Assembly (NCBI GenBank): GCA_964506225.1
Contig: CAZDKH010000004.1
Span: 3,262 to 67,261 of the forward strand
DNA from: an uncultured Gammaproteobacteria bacterium
Lineage (GTDB): Bacteria > Patescibacteriota > Microgenomatia > UBA8517
DNA length: 64,000 nt
Direction: 5' to 3'
Shown here: positions 28,322 to 39,137 of the stretch, piece by piece
Position numbering within the stretch: position 1 is the stretch's first letter
Layout: each line of letters opens with the position of its first letter
Made by a program: the position numbers and the translations under genes
The notes under the pieces: model-generated
The model's input: the letters and a program-made list of their open reading frames with translations, nothing else
Databases searched by the model: none
What the model was told of the DNA's origin: nothing

Positions 28322-29941
28322 GTGGAATCGTTGGCAAAACCTGTTGAACAAAGCTGGCTTTCTTGGTTTGCGAAAGGACTGTTGGCGCTAACTTTTATTG
28401 TAATTATCGGGCGTCTTTTTGAGCTGCAAATCATTAAAGGAGGATATTTCAGATCCCTTGCAGAGGAAAACAGAGTGAGAAAAATTCCGATTATGGCTCC
28501 ACGGGGAAAGGTATTGGCGAGGGGAGGAGAAGAAATCATCAGTAACAAAGAAGTCAAAAATCAAGGGATAGACGAAACTAACTTAGTGGATTTTATTACT
28601 GAATGGGAAAGAATTTATTCTCTGGGGTCAGCTTTAGCTCACGTCACGGGTTATCTTGGTGAGGTTAACGAAAAAGAAGTTGGAAAGGTTAACCCTGGCT
28701 GTCTTGAGAAAGGTCCTTATAGACTTGGTTCTTTGATAGGCAGAGGAGGACTGGAAGAATATTACGAGTGTACTCTTAGGGGTATTGACGGCGAAGAGCT
28801 TGTCGAAGTTGATACTTTTGGTCAAAAAGTGCGAGTTTTAGGAAGGAGGAAACCAGTTCCCGGCGAGGATATACAAACGACAATTGATTACAATCTTCAA
28901 AAAAAAGTCGTTGAGGTGATGGGTAGCGAAATCAAGGTGGGCAAGGAGAGGGTAATTCCAGCTAACAAATTAGGAGCAGTGGTGGCAACTGATACCAGGG
29001 GCGAGGTACTTGCTTTTTATTCTTCACCTTCTTTTGACCCCAATCTTTTTATGGATAAATCTGAAAACTCTCAAAAGACCCTTGCTAATTTACTTCAAGA
29101 TAAGAAATTACCCTTTTTTAACAGGGTTATTTCAGGATCATATCACCCAGGGTCGCTTTTTAAAATCGTTACTGCAACTGCAGCACTTGAAGAAGGAAAG
29201 ATTAACGAGGACTTTCGCTATACTGATATGGGTTTTATCAGCGTGGGGGATTTTTCTTACAAGAATTGGTATTTTACTCAATACGGTGGGGTTGAGGGAG
29301 AAATTGACTTAGTCAAGGCTATAGCTCGCTCGACGGACACCTTCTTTTATAAACTTGGAGAGTTGGTAGGTGCAGAGAGTTTGGCTTCTTGGGCCAAAAA
29401 ACTTGGACTTGGCAAAAAGGTAGGGATAGATTTACCTTCTGAAAAAGAGGGTCTGGTGCCAACACCAGACTGGAAAGAAAAAACTAAAGGAGAAAGGTGG
29501 TTTTTAGGTAATACCTATCACATGGCTATTGGTCAAGGGGATGTTGAGGTGACACCACTTCAGGCAAATATGCTCACCCTGTTTATTGCCTCAAAAGGTC
29601 TTTTGTGCAAGGCGCATCTAATTAAAACCAATGAAGGCGAATGCACTGAACTTAAAGTTAAAAAGGAGACTTTCGATCTGGTAAAAGAGGGGATGGTTGG
29701 AGCCTGCTCGCCCGGAGGAACCGCTTTCCCTTTCTTTGATTTCAAGCCCCAAGTAGCTTGTAAAACTGGTACAGCTGAAACAGGCACTAAAGAAAATTCT
29801 CACGCTTGGTTTACGGTTTTTGCCCCCGTTGACGAACCCAAAATCGTAGTCACGGTTTTTGTGGAAAATGGCGGGGAGGGTTCGTATGTTGCAGCGCCAA
29901 TTGCAAAGGAAATTCTAAAGTATTATTTTCAATCAAATTAA
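28322..29941 (+). CDS. mrdA: penicillin-binding protein 2 (peptidoglycan D,D-transpeptidase)
   Basis: N-terminal TM; SxxK (SLFK), SxN and KTGTA motifs; follows mreB. Confidence 0.85.
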   Translation: MESLAKPVEQSWLSWFAKGLLALTFIVIIGRLFELQIIKGGYFRSLAEENRVRKIPIMAPRGKVLARGGEEIISNKEVKNQGIDETNLVDFITEWERIYSLGSALAHVTGYLGEVNEKEVGKVNPGCLEKGPYRLGSLIGRGGLEEYYECTLRGIDGEELVEVDTFGQKVRVLGRRKPVPGEDIQTTIDYNLQKKVVEVMGSEIKVGKERVIPANKLGAVVATDTRGEVLAFYSSPSFDPNLFMDKSENSQKTLANLLQDKKLPFFNRVISGSYHPGSLFKIVTATAALEEGKINEDFRYTDMGFISVGDFSYKNWYFTQYGGVEGEIDLVKAIARSTDTFFYKLGELVGAESLASWAKKLGLGKKVGIDLPSEKEGLVPTPDWKEKTKGERWFLGNTYHMAIGQGDVEVTPLQANMLTLFIASKGLLCKAHLIKTNEGECTELKVKKETFDLVKEGMVGACSPGGTAFPFFDFKPQVACKTGTAETGTKENSHAWFTVFAPVDEPKIVVTVFVENGGEGSYVAAPIAKEILKYYFQSN

Positions 29942-30591
29942 TGACTTTAAAAGTAATTACCCTTAAATCAAATAATAAATTTTATCCGGAGAATTTGAAA
30001 ACAATTCAAAACCCACCCGAAAGACTTTATATATTAGGAAATGTTTTGAAGAAAGATGAGCTAGCTATTGCAATAGTGGGATCCCGAAGGATGACTTCTT
30101 ATGGTAAAAAAATGGCCTATAAATTTTCATTTGAACTGGCCAGAAAGGGGATTACCATTGTTTCCGGGTTGGCTCTTGGTATAGATACAATTGCTCACAA
30201 GGCAGCAATTGCAGCCCACGGAAGGACAATAGCAGTTTTGGGAAGTGGGATTGACGTCATTTACCCCCCGCAAAACAAAAAATTAGCAGAAGAAATTATC
30301 AAAAACGGCGCATTAATAAGCGAGTTTCCTCTTGGTACAAAACCTCTGGGAAAAAATTTTTTAGTTAGAAATAGAATTATTTCAGGATTAGCAAAGGCTA
30401 TATTGGTTGTTGAAGGCGGAAGAGTTAGTGGAACAATCTCAACGGCAACCTGGGCAGCAAATCAAGGGAAAGAAGTATTTGCCATTCCGGGCTCTCTTGA
30501 TTCCCCAATGAGCCAAGCAACCAATTATCTGATAAGTCAGGGGGCAAATATCGCAACAAAACCAGAGGATATAATTGAAATTTTAAAGTGA
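29941..30591 (+). CDS. dprA: DNA-processing protein DprA (Rossmann domain only)
   Basis: IVGSRRMTSYG and SGLALGIDT motifs; classic dprA-topA adjacency. Confidence 0.85.
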   Translation: MTLKVITLKSNNKFYPENLKTIQNPPERLYILGNVLKKDELAIAIVGSRRMTSYGKKMAYKFSFELARKGITIVSGLALGIDTIAHKAAIAAHGRTIAVLGSGIDVIYPPQNKKLAEEIIKNGALISEFPLGTKPLGKNFLVRNRIISGLAKAILVVEGGRVSGTISTATWAANQGKEVFAIPGSLDSPMSQATNYLISQGANIATKPEDIIEILK

Positions 30592-30676
30592 AAAGTTCAA
30601 GGTTAGGCATTGAAATTAAAATTTAAATTTTAAATTGCAATTTTGAATTTTGCATTTTAAACTTTGAATTTGTATC

Positions 30677-32689
30677 ATGAATCTTATTATTGTTGAATCA
30701 CCAACCAAATCCCGGACTCTCTCACGTTTTCTTGGTGAAGACTACAAAGTTGAGGCCACCTGTGGACACATTAAAGATTTACCAAAAAACAAACTTGGAG
30801 TTGATATAAAGCATGAGTTTGAGCCTGATTATATTTGGGTTGAGGGACGCAAGAAGGAAATAGAAAGGATAAAAAGCCTCGGCAAAAAGTCAGAAAAAAT
30901 CTTTATTGCAACAGATCCAGATCGTGAAGGAGAAGCGATTGCTCAACATGTAGTTGATGTTTTGGTGTCAGATTCAGACTCTAGAGTTCAAAATTCGAAA
31001 ATCTCAAGAATCGTCTTCCATGAGATTACAAAAGAGGCCCTAGAAGAAGCCTTAAGAAATCCGAGATTAGTTGATAAAAATTTGGTCGATGCGCAGATTA
31101 CCAGGCGGGTTTTAGACAGACTGGTTGGCTATCAGCTCTCTCCGCTTCTTTGGAAGAAGGTGCGCCGCGGTCTTTCGGCAGGAAGAGTACAGTCGGTTGC
31201 TGTAAGGCTTATAGTTGAGCGAGAGCGGGAGATTAAGGCTTTTAAACCCCAAGAGTATTGGGAAATATACACTAAACTCAAAACTCAAAAACCAAAACTA
31301 AAAACCAAAGAACTAATCACAAAACTTATTAGAATTGGTGACAAGAAAGCCGAGGTAAAAAATAAGGATGATGCCGATAAGATTATCTCCGAGTTAAAAA
31401 AAGCAGAGTACACTGTTCTGTTAGTCCAAAAGCGTGAGATAATTAAACACCCTCCGGCTCCGTTTACGACTTCAACCATGACTCAGTCAGCTGCCAGAAT
31501 TTTTGGCTGGTCAGCAAAAAGAACAATGCGGGTAGCACAAAGTTTATATGAGGAGGGCTTTATTACCTATCACAGAACCGACTCAGTGAATCTTGCTAAG
31601 AGTGCTATCTTAAAAGTCAGAAAATTTATAGAGGCAAAATACGGTAAAAATTATCTACCTCAAAAACCGAATTTTTACAAAAAGGCCTCTAAAGTTGCCC
31701 AAGAAGCTCATGAGGCTATACGCCCAACTCAGTTAAGTTCGAAATTAAAAATTAAAAATTCTAAATTTTCAAAAGAATTAGAAATGCTATATCAATTGAT
31801 ATGGAAAAGGTTTGTTGCTTGCCAAATGACCCCAGCCATCTACGACGAAACAAGAATTGATGTTAAAGCTGCCCCCAAAGACGTATTCTGCGTAACTTTT
31901 TACGTATTGCGCGCAACTGGGCAAACAATGAAATTTGATGGTTGGAAAAAGGTTTATAATGAAAACTCAAATCTCCAAAACACTGAAAACGAAGTTCAAT
32001 TACCCGAAGTCTTAAAAGGGGAACCACTTTATTTGATTAAAGTATGGGGAGACCAAAAATTCACCCAGCCACCACAGCGTTACAACGAAGCCTCTCTTAT
32101 TAAAACACTTGAAAAACTTGGAATAGGCAGACCCTCCACTTACGCGCCGATTATCTCAACTATCCAAATTCGAAATTATGTTGAAAAAAAAGAAGGTAGA
32201 TTTTTCCCGACTGCCATTGGGATTGCGGTTAATGATTTTTTGCTGAAGAATTTTCCCGATATTTTTGACTATCAGTTTACAGCTCAGATGGAAGAAAACC
32301 TAGATGAAATTGCAAACGGTAAACAAAAAAGGTTAAGAATAATAAAAAATTTTTGGTTACCTTTTGATAAAAAGCTGGAAATTGTCGAGAAAAAATCCGA
32401 AAGGGTAAAAATAGAGACTGAAAAACTTGAGAAAAAATGTCCTAAGTGCAAAGAAGGAGAATTGGTTATCCGAACTGGACGTTTTGGTAAGTTTATCTCC
32501 TGTTCGCGTTTTCCGGATTGCGATTACAAAGAGAAATATGTCCAGAAAGTGGGTGTAAAATGCCCCGAGTGTAAAAAAGGAGAAGTGATAATTAAGAAAA
32601 CTTCCAAAGGCAGACAGTTTTATGGTTGTTCAAGATATCCTTCTTGTAAGTGGGCAAGTTGGAAATCCCCAGAAATTAGCAAAAATTAA
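30677..32689 (+). CDS. topA: DNA topoisomerase I
   Basis: TOPRIM N-terminus (IIVESPTKS), active-site region (ITYHRTDS, giving the catalytic Tyr), and C-terminal zinc ribbons (CPKCKEG.., CPECKKG..). Confidence 0.95.
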   Translation: MNLIIVESPTKSRTLSRFLGEDYKVEATCGHIKDLPKNKLGVDIKHEFEPDYIWVEGRKKEIERIKSLGKKSEKIFIATDPDREGEAIAQHVVDVLVSDSDSRVQNSKISRIVFHEITKEALEEALRNPRLVDKNLVDAQITRRVLDRLVGYQLSPLLWKKVRRGLSAGRVQSVAVRLIVEREREIKAFKPQEYWEIYTKLKTQKPKLKTKELITKLIRIGDKKAEVKNKDDADKIISELKKAEYTVLLVQKREIIKHPPAPFTTSTMTQSAARIFGWSAKRTMRVAQSLYEEGFITYHRTDSVNLAKSAILKVRKFIEAKYGKNYLPQKPNFYKKASKVAQEAHEAIRPTQLSSKLKIKNSKFSKELEMLYQLIWKRFVACQMTPAIYDETRIDVKAAPKDVFCVTFYVLRATGQTMKFDGWKKVYNENSNLQNTENEVQLPEVLKGEPLYLIKVWGDQKFTQPPQRYNEASLIKTLEKLGIGRPSTYAPIISTIQIRNYVEKKEGRFFPTAIGIAVNDFLLKNFPDIFDYQFTAQMEENLDEIANGKQKRLRIIKNFWLPFDKKLEIVEKKSERVKIETEKLEKKCPKCKEGELVIRTGRFGKFISCSRFPDCDYKEKYVQKVGVKCPECKKGEVIIKKTSKGRQFYGCSRYPSCKWASWKSPEISKN

Positions 32690-32711
32690 CAATTTTCTAT
32701 TCCATCCTTGG

Positions 32712-33233
32712 TTATTTTTGAGGGTATTTCATTACTTCTTTTTTCAAAAAGTCCAGTTTAATTCCTGCTTTCTCAAAAATTTCTTCTGACTCTTTTCCTG
32801 CGTGATATTTTTTTTCGGCAACAACCCTTTTAACTCCGAGATTGACCAAAAACATGGCACAAGTTCTACAAGGAGTCATTGAAACATAAACTGTTGAGCC
32901 TTCAAGGGATACTCCGCGTTTTGCTGCCTGACAAATTGCATTTTGTTCTGCGTGTACTGTTCGCATGCAATGTACTGTTTTGGTTCCATCTTCATGAATA
33001 ACTGTTTTCAATTGGTGACCAACGTCATCACAGTGGGGAAATCCTGTTGGCGATCCAACATAACCGGTTACCAAAACCTGTTTGTTCTTGACAAAAACAC
33101 AGGCCGACCTTCCTCTGTCGCAGGTTGCTCTTTTTGCGGCAGAGTGCATTATCTCAATAAAATATTCATCCCACCCAGGACGCTTATAGACTTTTTTGTT
33201 CAATCTTATTGATTGCTTTTTGGATTTTTTCAT
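32712..33233 (-). CDS. comEB: dCMP deaminase (ComEB/cytidine-deaminase fold)
   Basis: HAEQNAI and PCRTCAMFL zinc-binding motifs. Confidence 0.85.
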   Translation of the reverse strand: MKKSKKQSIRLNKKVYKRPGWDEYFIEIMHSAAKRATCDRGRSACVFVKNKQVLVTGYVGSPTGFPHCDDVGHQLKTVIHEDGTKTVHCMRTVHAEQNAICQAAKRGVSLEGSTVYVSMTPCRTCAMFLVNLGVKRVVAEKKYHAGKESEEIFEKAGIKLDFLKKEVMKYPQK

Positions 33234-34233
33234 ACAATTTTTCTATTGTAGCATTGTTTGAGAATTTAAAATCAGCCATTCTTATACACTTTCTTAGGTT
33301 TTGAGCAGTTGGGTCTTTGTTTTCAAATTCTTTTTTTTCTTGAGCTTTAAATTCCTCAAAAGAGACCATGTCTTTTTCTGAGGCTCGTAATTTTATCCTT
33401 TGGTATCTTTTTTGGGGAGAAGCGTCAACCGCAAAAAGATATCCGCCCTGGCTTTTTAGGAATTCGGCTTCAGTGGGGTTTCTGATACTTTCAATTATTG
33501 TATTTTTTTGTTTCTTTTTAGCCTTTTTAAACAAAGTTTTTACTATAAAATCTGCTCCGAATTCAGCCCTGATTTTATTGGCAATTTTTCTCATATTATC
33601 GCGGTTGACTTGTTTACCCTCTTTTTTCAACATTTGCGTTAGAAAGCCTGAAACAGATAGATGCTCAAATCCCCATTCTTTTACCAAATAATCAACTACA
33701 GTTCCCTTGCCGGCGCCGTTGGTGCCGGTAATGCCAATAATAAGCGGCTTTTTCTTTCTTTCAAGATTGACAAATTCAAAAGGCGGATTTTGCTTTAGGT
33801 GTTTTTCTCGAAAAGTAATCCTCCATTCTTTTAGATTTATTTTTGGAAAGTAGGTATCACCCTGATAATTTCTTAGAACTCTGGTTAAATATATTTGGTC
33901 GCTCTTGGGTAGGAAGTATTTATAGATACTGCCGCCTCCAATAATCATGAGTTCTTTCTCACCTTTTTTTTGGGCAAATTTTAAAGCCTTTTCGGGGTCA
34001 CAAAAAACATAAGCTCCACTGACTTTATAATTTTTATCAAAATTCAAAATTAAATTAGTTCTATTGGCCAAGGGTTTACCAATTGATTCAAAGGTTTTGC
34101 TTCCCATTAAGACGTGGTGACCGTCTGTTATTTTCTTGAATCTTTTTAGGTCATCTGGTATATACCAGGGGATTTTTCCTTTATTTCCTATGACCCTGTT
34201 TTTTGAGACAGCAGCGATTAAAGAAATTTTCAT
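33184..34233 (-). CDS. folA: bifunctional protein: dihydrofolate reductase (N) fused to a P-loop nucleoside/nucleotide kinase domain (C, dNK/CoaE-like)
   Basis: DHFR signature ISLIAAVSKNRVIGNKGKIPW..DLKRFKKIT..GSKTFES; then IIGITGTNGAGKGT Walker A and a FAVDASPQKRYQRIKLR lid-like segment. Confidence 0.75.
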   Translation of the reverse strand: MKISLIAAVSKNRVIGNKGKIPWYIPDDLKRFKKITDGHHVLMGSKTFESIGKPLANRTNLILNFDKNYKVSGAYVFCDPEKALKFAQKKGEKELMIIGGGSIYKYFLPKSDQIYLTRVLRNYQGDTYFPKINLKEWRITFREKHLKQNPPFEFVNLERKKKPLIIGITGTNGAGKGTVVDYLVKEWGFEHLSVSGFLTQMLKKEGKQVNRDNMRKIANKIRAEFGADFIVKTLFKKAKKKQKNTIIESIRNPTEAEFLKSQGGYLFAVDASPQKRYQRIKLRASEKDMVSFEEFKAQEKKEFENKDPTAQNLRKCIRMADFKFSNNATIEKLYEKIQKAINKIEQKSL

Positions 34234-35147
34234 ACAGAGATTTCTGCTTTGATGGGGGGATGAGACTGATAATTTACAATTTCAAAGTCTTCAAATTTAA
34301 AATCAAAGATACTTTCTACCTTTCTTTTAATTTTAAGTTGGGGTGGTGGATAGGGCTTTCTTTTTATTTGTTCTTTTGCTTGTTTGATGTGGTTTAGGTA
34401 AAGATGGGTGTCTCCCAAAGCCATAGTAAGTTCGCCTGCCTTATAACCAGTGGTGTGGGCAACAATCTCGGATAAAAGGGCATAGGAGGCAATATTGAAA
34501 GGAAGACCAAGAAAAGTGTCGACTGAGCGCTGGTACATCATGCAGTTTAGTTTATCTTTGCTAATTTGAAACTGATACATCACATGGCAAGGAGGAAGAG
34601 CCATTTTGTCAATTAAAGGGGCATTCCAGGCATTAACAATCAATCTTCGTGAGTCGGGGTTTCTGCGAATCTCCTTAATCACCCAGGAAAGCTGGTCGAA
34701 TCCGTTGAAATTTCGCCATTGAACTCCATAGAACGGTCCGCAATCTCCCCATTTTTGGGCAAATTTTTCATTGTTTTTGATTTTTTCAACAAACTCTTCT
34801 AGTTTGTTTTTCCAAGACTGAGAGTATTTAGGATATTTTTTTTCTAATTTATTAGCCTTAAGATACTTTTGGAAAGGCCATTCATTCCAGATATTCACTC
34901 CGTTTTTGACAAGAAAGCGTATGTTTGAGTCTCCTTTGATAAACCACAATAGTTCATAAATTATCCCCTTTATGAACATTTTTTTGGTGGTTAAAAGTGG
35001 GAAACCGGAAGAAAGGTTAAATTTTAGCATTCTGCCAAAGACTTTAATTGTTCCAGTTCCGGTTCTGTCTCTGCTTTTAACGCCGTTTTTGAGAATGTCG
35101 CGAATAAGATTTAGATACTCAACCTCAAGCTGATTAGACTCTGGCAT
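34230..35147 (-). CDS. thyA: thymidylate synthase (ThyA)
   Basis: PPCHVMYQF active-site motif; RRLIVNAWN. Confidence 0.95.
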   Translation of the reverse strand: MPESNQLEVEYLNLIRDILKNGVKSRDRTGTGTIKVFGRMLKFNLSSGFPLLTTKKMFIKGIIYELLWFIKGDSNIRFLVKNGVNIWNEWPFQKYLKANKLEKKYPKYSQSWKNKLEEFVEKIKNNEKFAQKWGDCGPFYGVQWRNFNGFDQLSWVIKEIRRNPDSRRLIVNAWNAPLIDKMALPPCHVMYQFQISKDKLNCMMYQRSVDTFLGLPFNIASYALLSEIVAHTTGYKAGELTMALGDTHLYLNHIKQAKEQIKRKPYPPPQLKIKRKVESIFDFKFEDFEIVNYQSHPPIKAEISV

Positions 35148-35177
35148 TTATAAGCTGGTATATTATAGTAGATTATC

Positions 35178-35783
35178 ATGAAAAAAGGTAGATTTATAGT
35201 TTTAGAAGGAGGAGTCGGCTGTGGCAAGACAACTCAGTTTGAAAAACTCAAAAAACGCTTTCCCTGCTGGAAATTTTATAGGGAGCCGGGAGGAACCCCT
35301 TTTGGCGAAAAAATAAGAGATGCGGTTCAGGGAATTCACAATTATAAAGTAAATCCTTACGCTTCGGTTTTGGCTTACTCTTCATCCCGGGCAAACCTTG
35401 TCCGGGAAGTTATTATCCCACAGCTTACCAAGGGGAAGACAGTAGTTTTGGATAGATACTGGTTTTCAACCTACGCTTATCAGGGGTCAGATGGTATATC
35501 TGAAAAGACAGTAGAGAAGTTAAATGTAATAGCGACAGGGGGTTTACTACCGGATTTGGTTTTGCACTATGACCTTAATCCCAAAATTGGTTTGCAAAGG
35601 AAAGCTGGACAGAAAGATTTAGATAGGTATGATGTAAAAGATATTGTCTTTCATCAAGAGGTGAGAAAAAGATATCTAGCGCTTTCCAAAAAATACTCTA
35701 AAATATGGAGAATTATCGATGCATCAAAATCGATTGAAGAGGTTTTTAAGGAATCACTCAAATGGATAAAATCTTTAAGCTAA
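35178..35783 (+). CDS. tmk: thymidylate kinase
   Basis: [16 protein letters not shown]-loop; [12 protein letters not shown]. Confidence 0.9.
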   Translation: MKKGRFIVLEGGVGCGKTTQFEKLKKRFPCWKFYREPGGTPFGEKIRDAVQGIHNYKVNPYASVLAYSSSRANLVREVIIPQLTKGKTVVLDRYWFSTYAYQGSDGISEKTVEKLNVIATGGLLPDLVLHYDLNPKIGLQRKAGQKDLDRYDVKDIVFHQEVRKRYLALSKKYSKIWRIIDASKSIEEVFKESLKWIKSLS

Positions 35784-37069
35784 TTGACAAGGAGAGCAAA
35801 AGGCAATCAGAAACTTTGATGATGATTCCTTCGGAAAACTACACTTACCCCGAAGTTCGCAGGGCTGTTGGTTCTATATTGATGCAAAAATATGCCGAGG
35901 GTCAACCGGGTAAACGATATTATCAAGGGATGGAGGTAGTTGATGAAATTGAATCTTTGTGTGAAAAAAGAGCCCTTAGAGCGTTTGGTTTGTCCGAAGC
36001 CAAATGGAGAGCAAATGTCCAGCCCCTTTCAGGCTGTCCCGCAAATTTGGCTGTTTATAACGCGCTACTAGGTCCCGGAGATCGGATAATGGCAATGTAT
36101 CTACCCGAAGGTGGGCACCTCTCCCACGGCTGGCATACTACAGATAAAAAGGTCACGCTGGTTTCCAAAATTTTTGATATTCACTTCTATCACGTAAGCC
36201 CAAAAACCAATGTTTTTGATTATGACGAAATTGCCCGCCTTGCTAAAAAAGTTAAGCCAAAATTGATTATTTCGGGTGGAACTGCTTACCCCAGAGATAT
36301 CAAACATAAAGTTCTTGCCAAAATTGCACATGCGGCAGGTGCATATTACATGGCGGATATAGCCCATGAGGCTGGTCTTGTTGCAGGCGGAGCACTGTCC
36401 TCTCCATTCCCTTGGGCAGATGTGGTAACCATGACAACCCACAAAACCCTTCGCGGCCCAAGAGGTGCAATAATAATTTGCAGGAATGCTTTGGAGGAGG
36501 CGATTGATTCTTCGGTTTTTCCCGGTCTTCAGGGTGGGCCGCATATTCACACAATTGCAGGAATTGCTATAGCCCTTGAGAAAACAAGGTCGATAGCTTT
36601 CAAAAAATATGCCATACAAACAATTAAAAATGCCAAAAGACTGGCAAAAAATCTCTTAGGAAGCGATTTTGATATTGTCAGCGGCGGCACGGATAAGCAT
36701 TTGGTTTTGGTTGACCTTCGCTCAAAAAAGATAAACGGTTGGTTTGCAGCTTGGGCGCTTGAGGAGGCGGGGATAATCTGTAACAGGAATACGGTCCCTC
36801 GTGATACAGGCTCTGCATTCTATCCTTCTGGCCTGCGTTTGGGTACTCCTGCCATAACTGCCCGGGGTATGAAAGAACCTCAAATAGACAAAATTTCAGA
36901 CTGGATTATAGAAGTTTTAAATCACTTGGGCGAAAAGCAAATTCCAGAAGACAAGGATAAAAGACAGGAGTATTTAAAAAAATTCAAAATCCAAATAACA
37001 AAGGACAAATTTTATAAGAGAATAGCACAAGAGGTTAAAAAACTTTCTAAATCCTTCCCAGTGCCTTAA
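35762..37069 (+). CDS. glyA: serine hydroxymethyltransferase
   Basis: PLP-Lys motif [11 protein letters not shown]; SENY-like N-terminus. Confidence 0.95.
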   Translation: MDKIFKLIDKESKRQSETLMMIPSENYTYPEVRRAVGSILMQKYAEGQPGKRYYQGMEVVDEIESLCEKRALRAFGLSEAKWRANVQPLSGCPANLAVYNALLGPGDRIMAMYLPEGGHLSHGWHTTDKKVTLVSKIFDIHFYHVSPKTNVFDYDEIARLAKKVKPKLIISGGTAYPRDIKHKVLAKIAHAAGAYYMADIAHEAGLVAGGALSSPFPWADVVTMTTHKTLRGPRGAIIICRNALEEAIDSSVFPGLQGGPHIHTIAGIAIALEKTRSIAFKKYAIQTIKNAKRLAKNLLGSDFDIVSGGTDKHLVLVDLRSKKINGWFAAWALEEAGIICNRNTVPRDTGSAFYPSGLRLGTPAITARGMKEPQIDKISDWIIEVLNHLGEKQIPEDKDKRQEYLKKFKIQITKDKFYKRIAQEVKKLSKSFPVP

Positions 37070-37081
37070 AATATCCTCATT

Positions 37082-37885
37082 ATGGCAATTGTTTTTGATG
37101 GGCGAACATTTGCAGCCAAAAAAGAAATAGAAATCAGAGATAAAATTTACAGACTTAACAAAACCCCGCGCCTTGTGTCTATTTTAATAGGTGAGGACCC
37201 GGCCAGTAAGCTTTATGTTTCGTTAAAACAAAAAGCGGCCGGGCGCGTCGGCGCAAAAGTTATAATCAAGAAATTTCCCCCAAACACTGTATCGATGTCT
37301 CGATACATCGATACGATAAAAAAATTGAATGAGGATAAAGCGGTTGATGGAATCATGATTCAGCTTCCGCTGCCTCCAAAACTAAAGCCCATGACTACCA
37401 AACTGATCAACTTAATTGCCCCCGAAAAAGACGTTGACGGCCTCCAAGACGACAGTCCCTACCTTCATCCAACCAGTAAAGCCGTTATCGAAATTATCAA
37501 CTATGCAAAATCTCTATTACCTAATGCCTATCCACTACTGCCTTCTATTGCTGTTGTTGGTTCGACCGGCATGGTTGGGAAGCCACTTGTGAGGCAGTTA
37601 AAAAAGCTTGGATACAAGACAGTGGAATGTGATAGCAGCACCAAAAACCTAAAAGCCTGCACAATTAAGTCTGATATTCTAGTAAGCGCCACAGGAAAGC
37701 CGGGCATTATCAGAGGGGAAATGGTTAAAAAAGGCAGTATTGTAATAGATGTTGGTTCGCCTCAAGGGGATGTTTTATTTAGCGAAGTAGTTAAGAAAGC
37801 CGCCTTTATCACCCCGGTTCCCGGCGGAGTCGGCCCTGTTACAATTACCTGTCTGCTTGAAAATTTAATCTTAGCTTGTGTATAA
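37082..37885 (+). CDS. folD: bifunctional methylene-THF dehydrogenase/cyclohydrolase
   Basis: KQKAAGRVG, DGIMIQLPLP and VVGSTGMVGKP motifs. Confidence 0.9.
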   Translation: MAIVFDGRTFAAKKEIEIRDKIYRLNKTPRLVSILIGEDPASKLYVSLKQKAAGRVGAKVIIKKFPPNTVSMSRYIDTIKKLNEDKAVDGIMIQLPLPPKLKPMTTKLINLIAPEKDVDGLQDDSPYLHPTSKAVIEIINYAKSLLPNAYPLLPSIAVVGSTGMVGKPLVRQLKKLGYKTVECDSSTKNLKACTIKSDILVSATGKPGIIRGEMVKKGSIVIDVGSPQGDVLFSEVVKKAAFITPVPGGVGPVTITCLLENLILACV

Positions 37886-37933
37886 TATTATATATAACAC
37901 ACACCCGTCAGCTTAGCCTCCTGATTTCTTCTG

Positions 37934-38674
37934 ATGGGTGGAGGTCATAAGGAGGAAGTTGTAATGACAGAAATAGATATATCACTTGAGAAACTACTTG
38001 AAGTTGGGGCGCATTTTGGCCACCAAACTAGGCGCTGGAATCCCAAAATGGCACCATTTATCTATGGAGAGAAACAGGGTGTGCATATTTTTGATTTGGT
38101 GAAAACAAGACAGGCTCTTTTAGAAGCACTCTCTGCAATTCAAGAGGCGGTCAAGAAAGGTAAAATCATCCTTTTTGTGGGTACTAAAAAGCAAGTAAAA
38201 GAAAAGTTACAAAAAGTAGCTGAGCAAACGGGTTATCCATATGTGACTAATCGCTGGCTTGGTGGAACGCTTACCAACTTTGACCAGCTTCAAAAATCCA
38301 TAAAAAAACTCGCTGAATTAAAAGAAAAAATGCAAAAGGGTGAATACAATCAACTGACCAAAAGAGAACGTCTTTTAAAAACCCGTCTAATCAAAAAGCT
38401 AGAAGATAAATTTGGAGGTATTTCAAAGTTGACTAAGCTTCCTGATTTGCTCATAATTATTGATACACATAAAGAATCTGGTGCACTTACCGAAGCTCTT
38501 AAAAAGAAGATACCAGTTGTGGGGGTGGTTGACTCAAACGCTGATCCAACCAAAGTGACCTGGCCAATACCGATGAATGATGATGCGACAAAGGCCTTGG
38601 ATTTTGTGCTTTCTCTTATTGAACAAGCAATAACAGATGCCCGGAAGGGTAAGAAGTTTAAGTCTAAAAAATAA
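37934..38674 (+). CDS. rpsB: 30S ribosomal protein S2; likely true start ATG at 37964 behind a TAAGGAGG Shine-Dalgarno
   Basis: LLEVGAHFGHQTRRWNPKM motif. Confidence 0.95.
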   Translation: MGGGHKEEVVMTEIDISLEKLLEVGAHFGHQTRRWNPKMAPFIYGEKQGVHIFDLVKTRQALLEALSAIQEAVKKGKIILFVGTKKQVKEKLQKVAEQTGYPYVTNRWLGGTLTNFDQLQKSIKKLAELKEKMQKGEYNQLTKRERLLKTRLIKKLEDKFGGISKLTKLPDLLIIIDTHKESGALTEALKKKIPVVGVVDSNADPTKVTWPIPMNDDATKALDFVLSLIEQAITDARKGKKFKSKK

Positions 38675-39133
38675 ATGGCACTAAATATCAAATTAATTTC
38701 GCGGCTTAGAGAAGAGACTGGCGCCCCTGTTATCAGGGTAAAAAAGGTTTTGGAGGAGTTTAATCAGGACGAGAAAAAAGCTTTAGAGGTTTTAAAGAAG
38801 GAAGGCTTTGAAAAAGCAGTCAAAAGAGCTGATAGAAAGACCAGCCAAGGAGTAGTTGTTGCTTATATTCATCACACTAACAAGGTGGCGAGCTTGGTTG
38901 AACTTTTGTGCGAAACCGATTTTGTCGCTCGAAATAAGCTATTTACTAAACTTGCTAATGACTTGGCAATGCAAGTAGCCTCCATGAATGCTAAAAATGA
39001 AAAAGAACTTTTGGCCCAAGAGTTTATAAAAGATCCAAAACAAAAGGTGGCTGATTTGATAAAGAGTATAATTGCCAAAACAGGGGAAAACGTGAGAATT
39101 GGAAGATTTTGCCGCATAGAAATTGGCAAATAA
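38675..39133 (+). CDS. tsf: elongation factor Ts (short form, 152 aa)
   Basis: N-terminal UBA-like IKLISRLREETGAPVIRVKKVL; follows rpsB. Confidence 0.85.
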   Translation: MALNIKLISRLREETGAPVIRVKKVLEEFNQDEKKALEVLKKEGFEKAVKRADRKTSQGVVVAYIHHTNKVASLVELLCETDFVARNKLFTKLANDLAMQVASMNAKNEKELLAQEFIKDPKQKVADLIKSIIAKTGENVRIGRFCRIEIGK

Positions 39134-39137
39134 CTCC

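Noticed and set aside
29941-30591. DprA as part of a ShosTA-like defence pair
   Set aside because: It shows the canonical dprA-topA housekeeping adjacency, with no phosphoribosyltransferase partner.
30591-30676. AT-rich short repeats as a CRISPR array
   Set aside because: The units are 8-17 bp, irregular and AT-only with no spacer structure. No cas genes are present.
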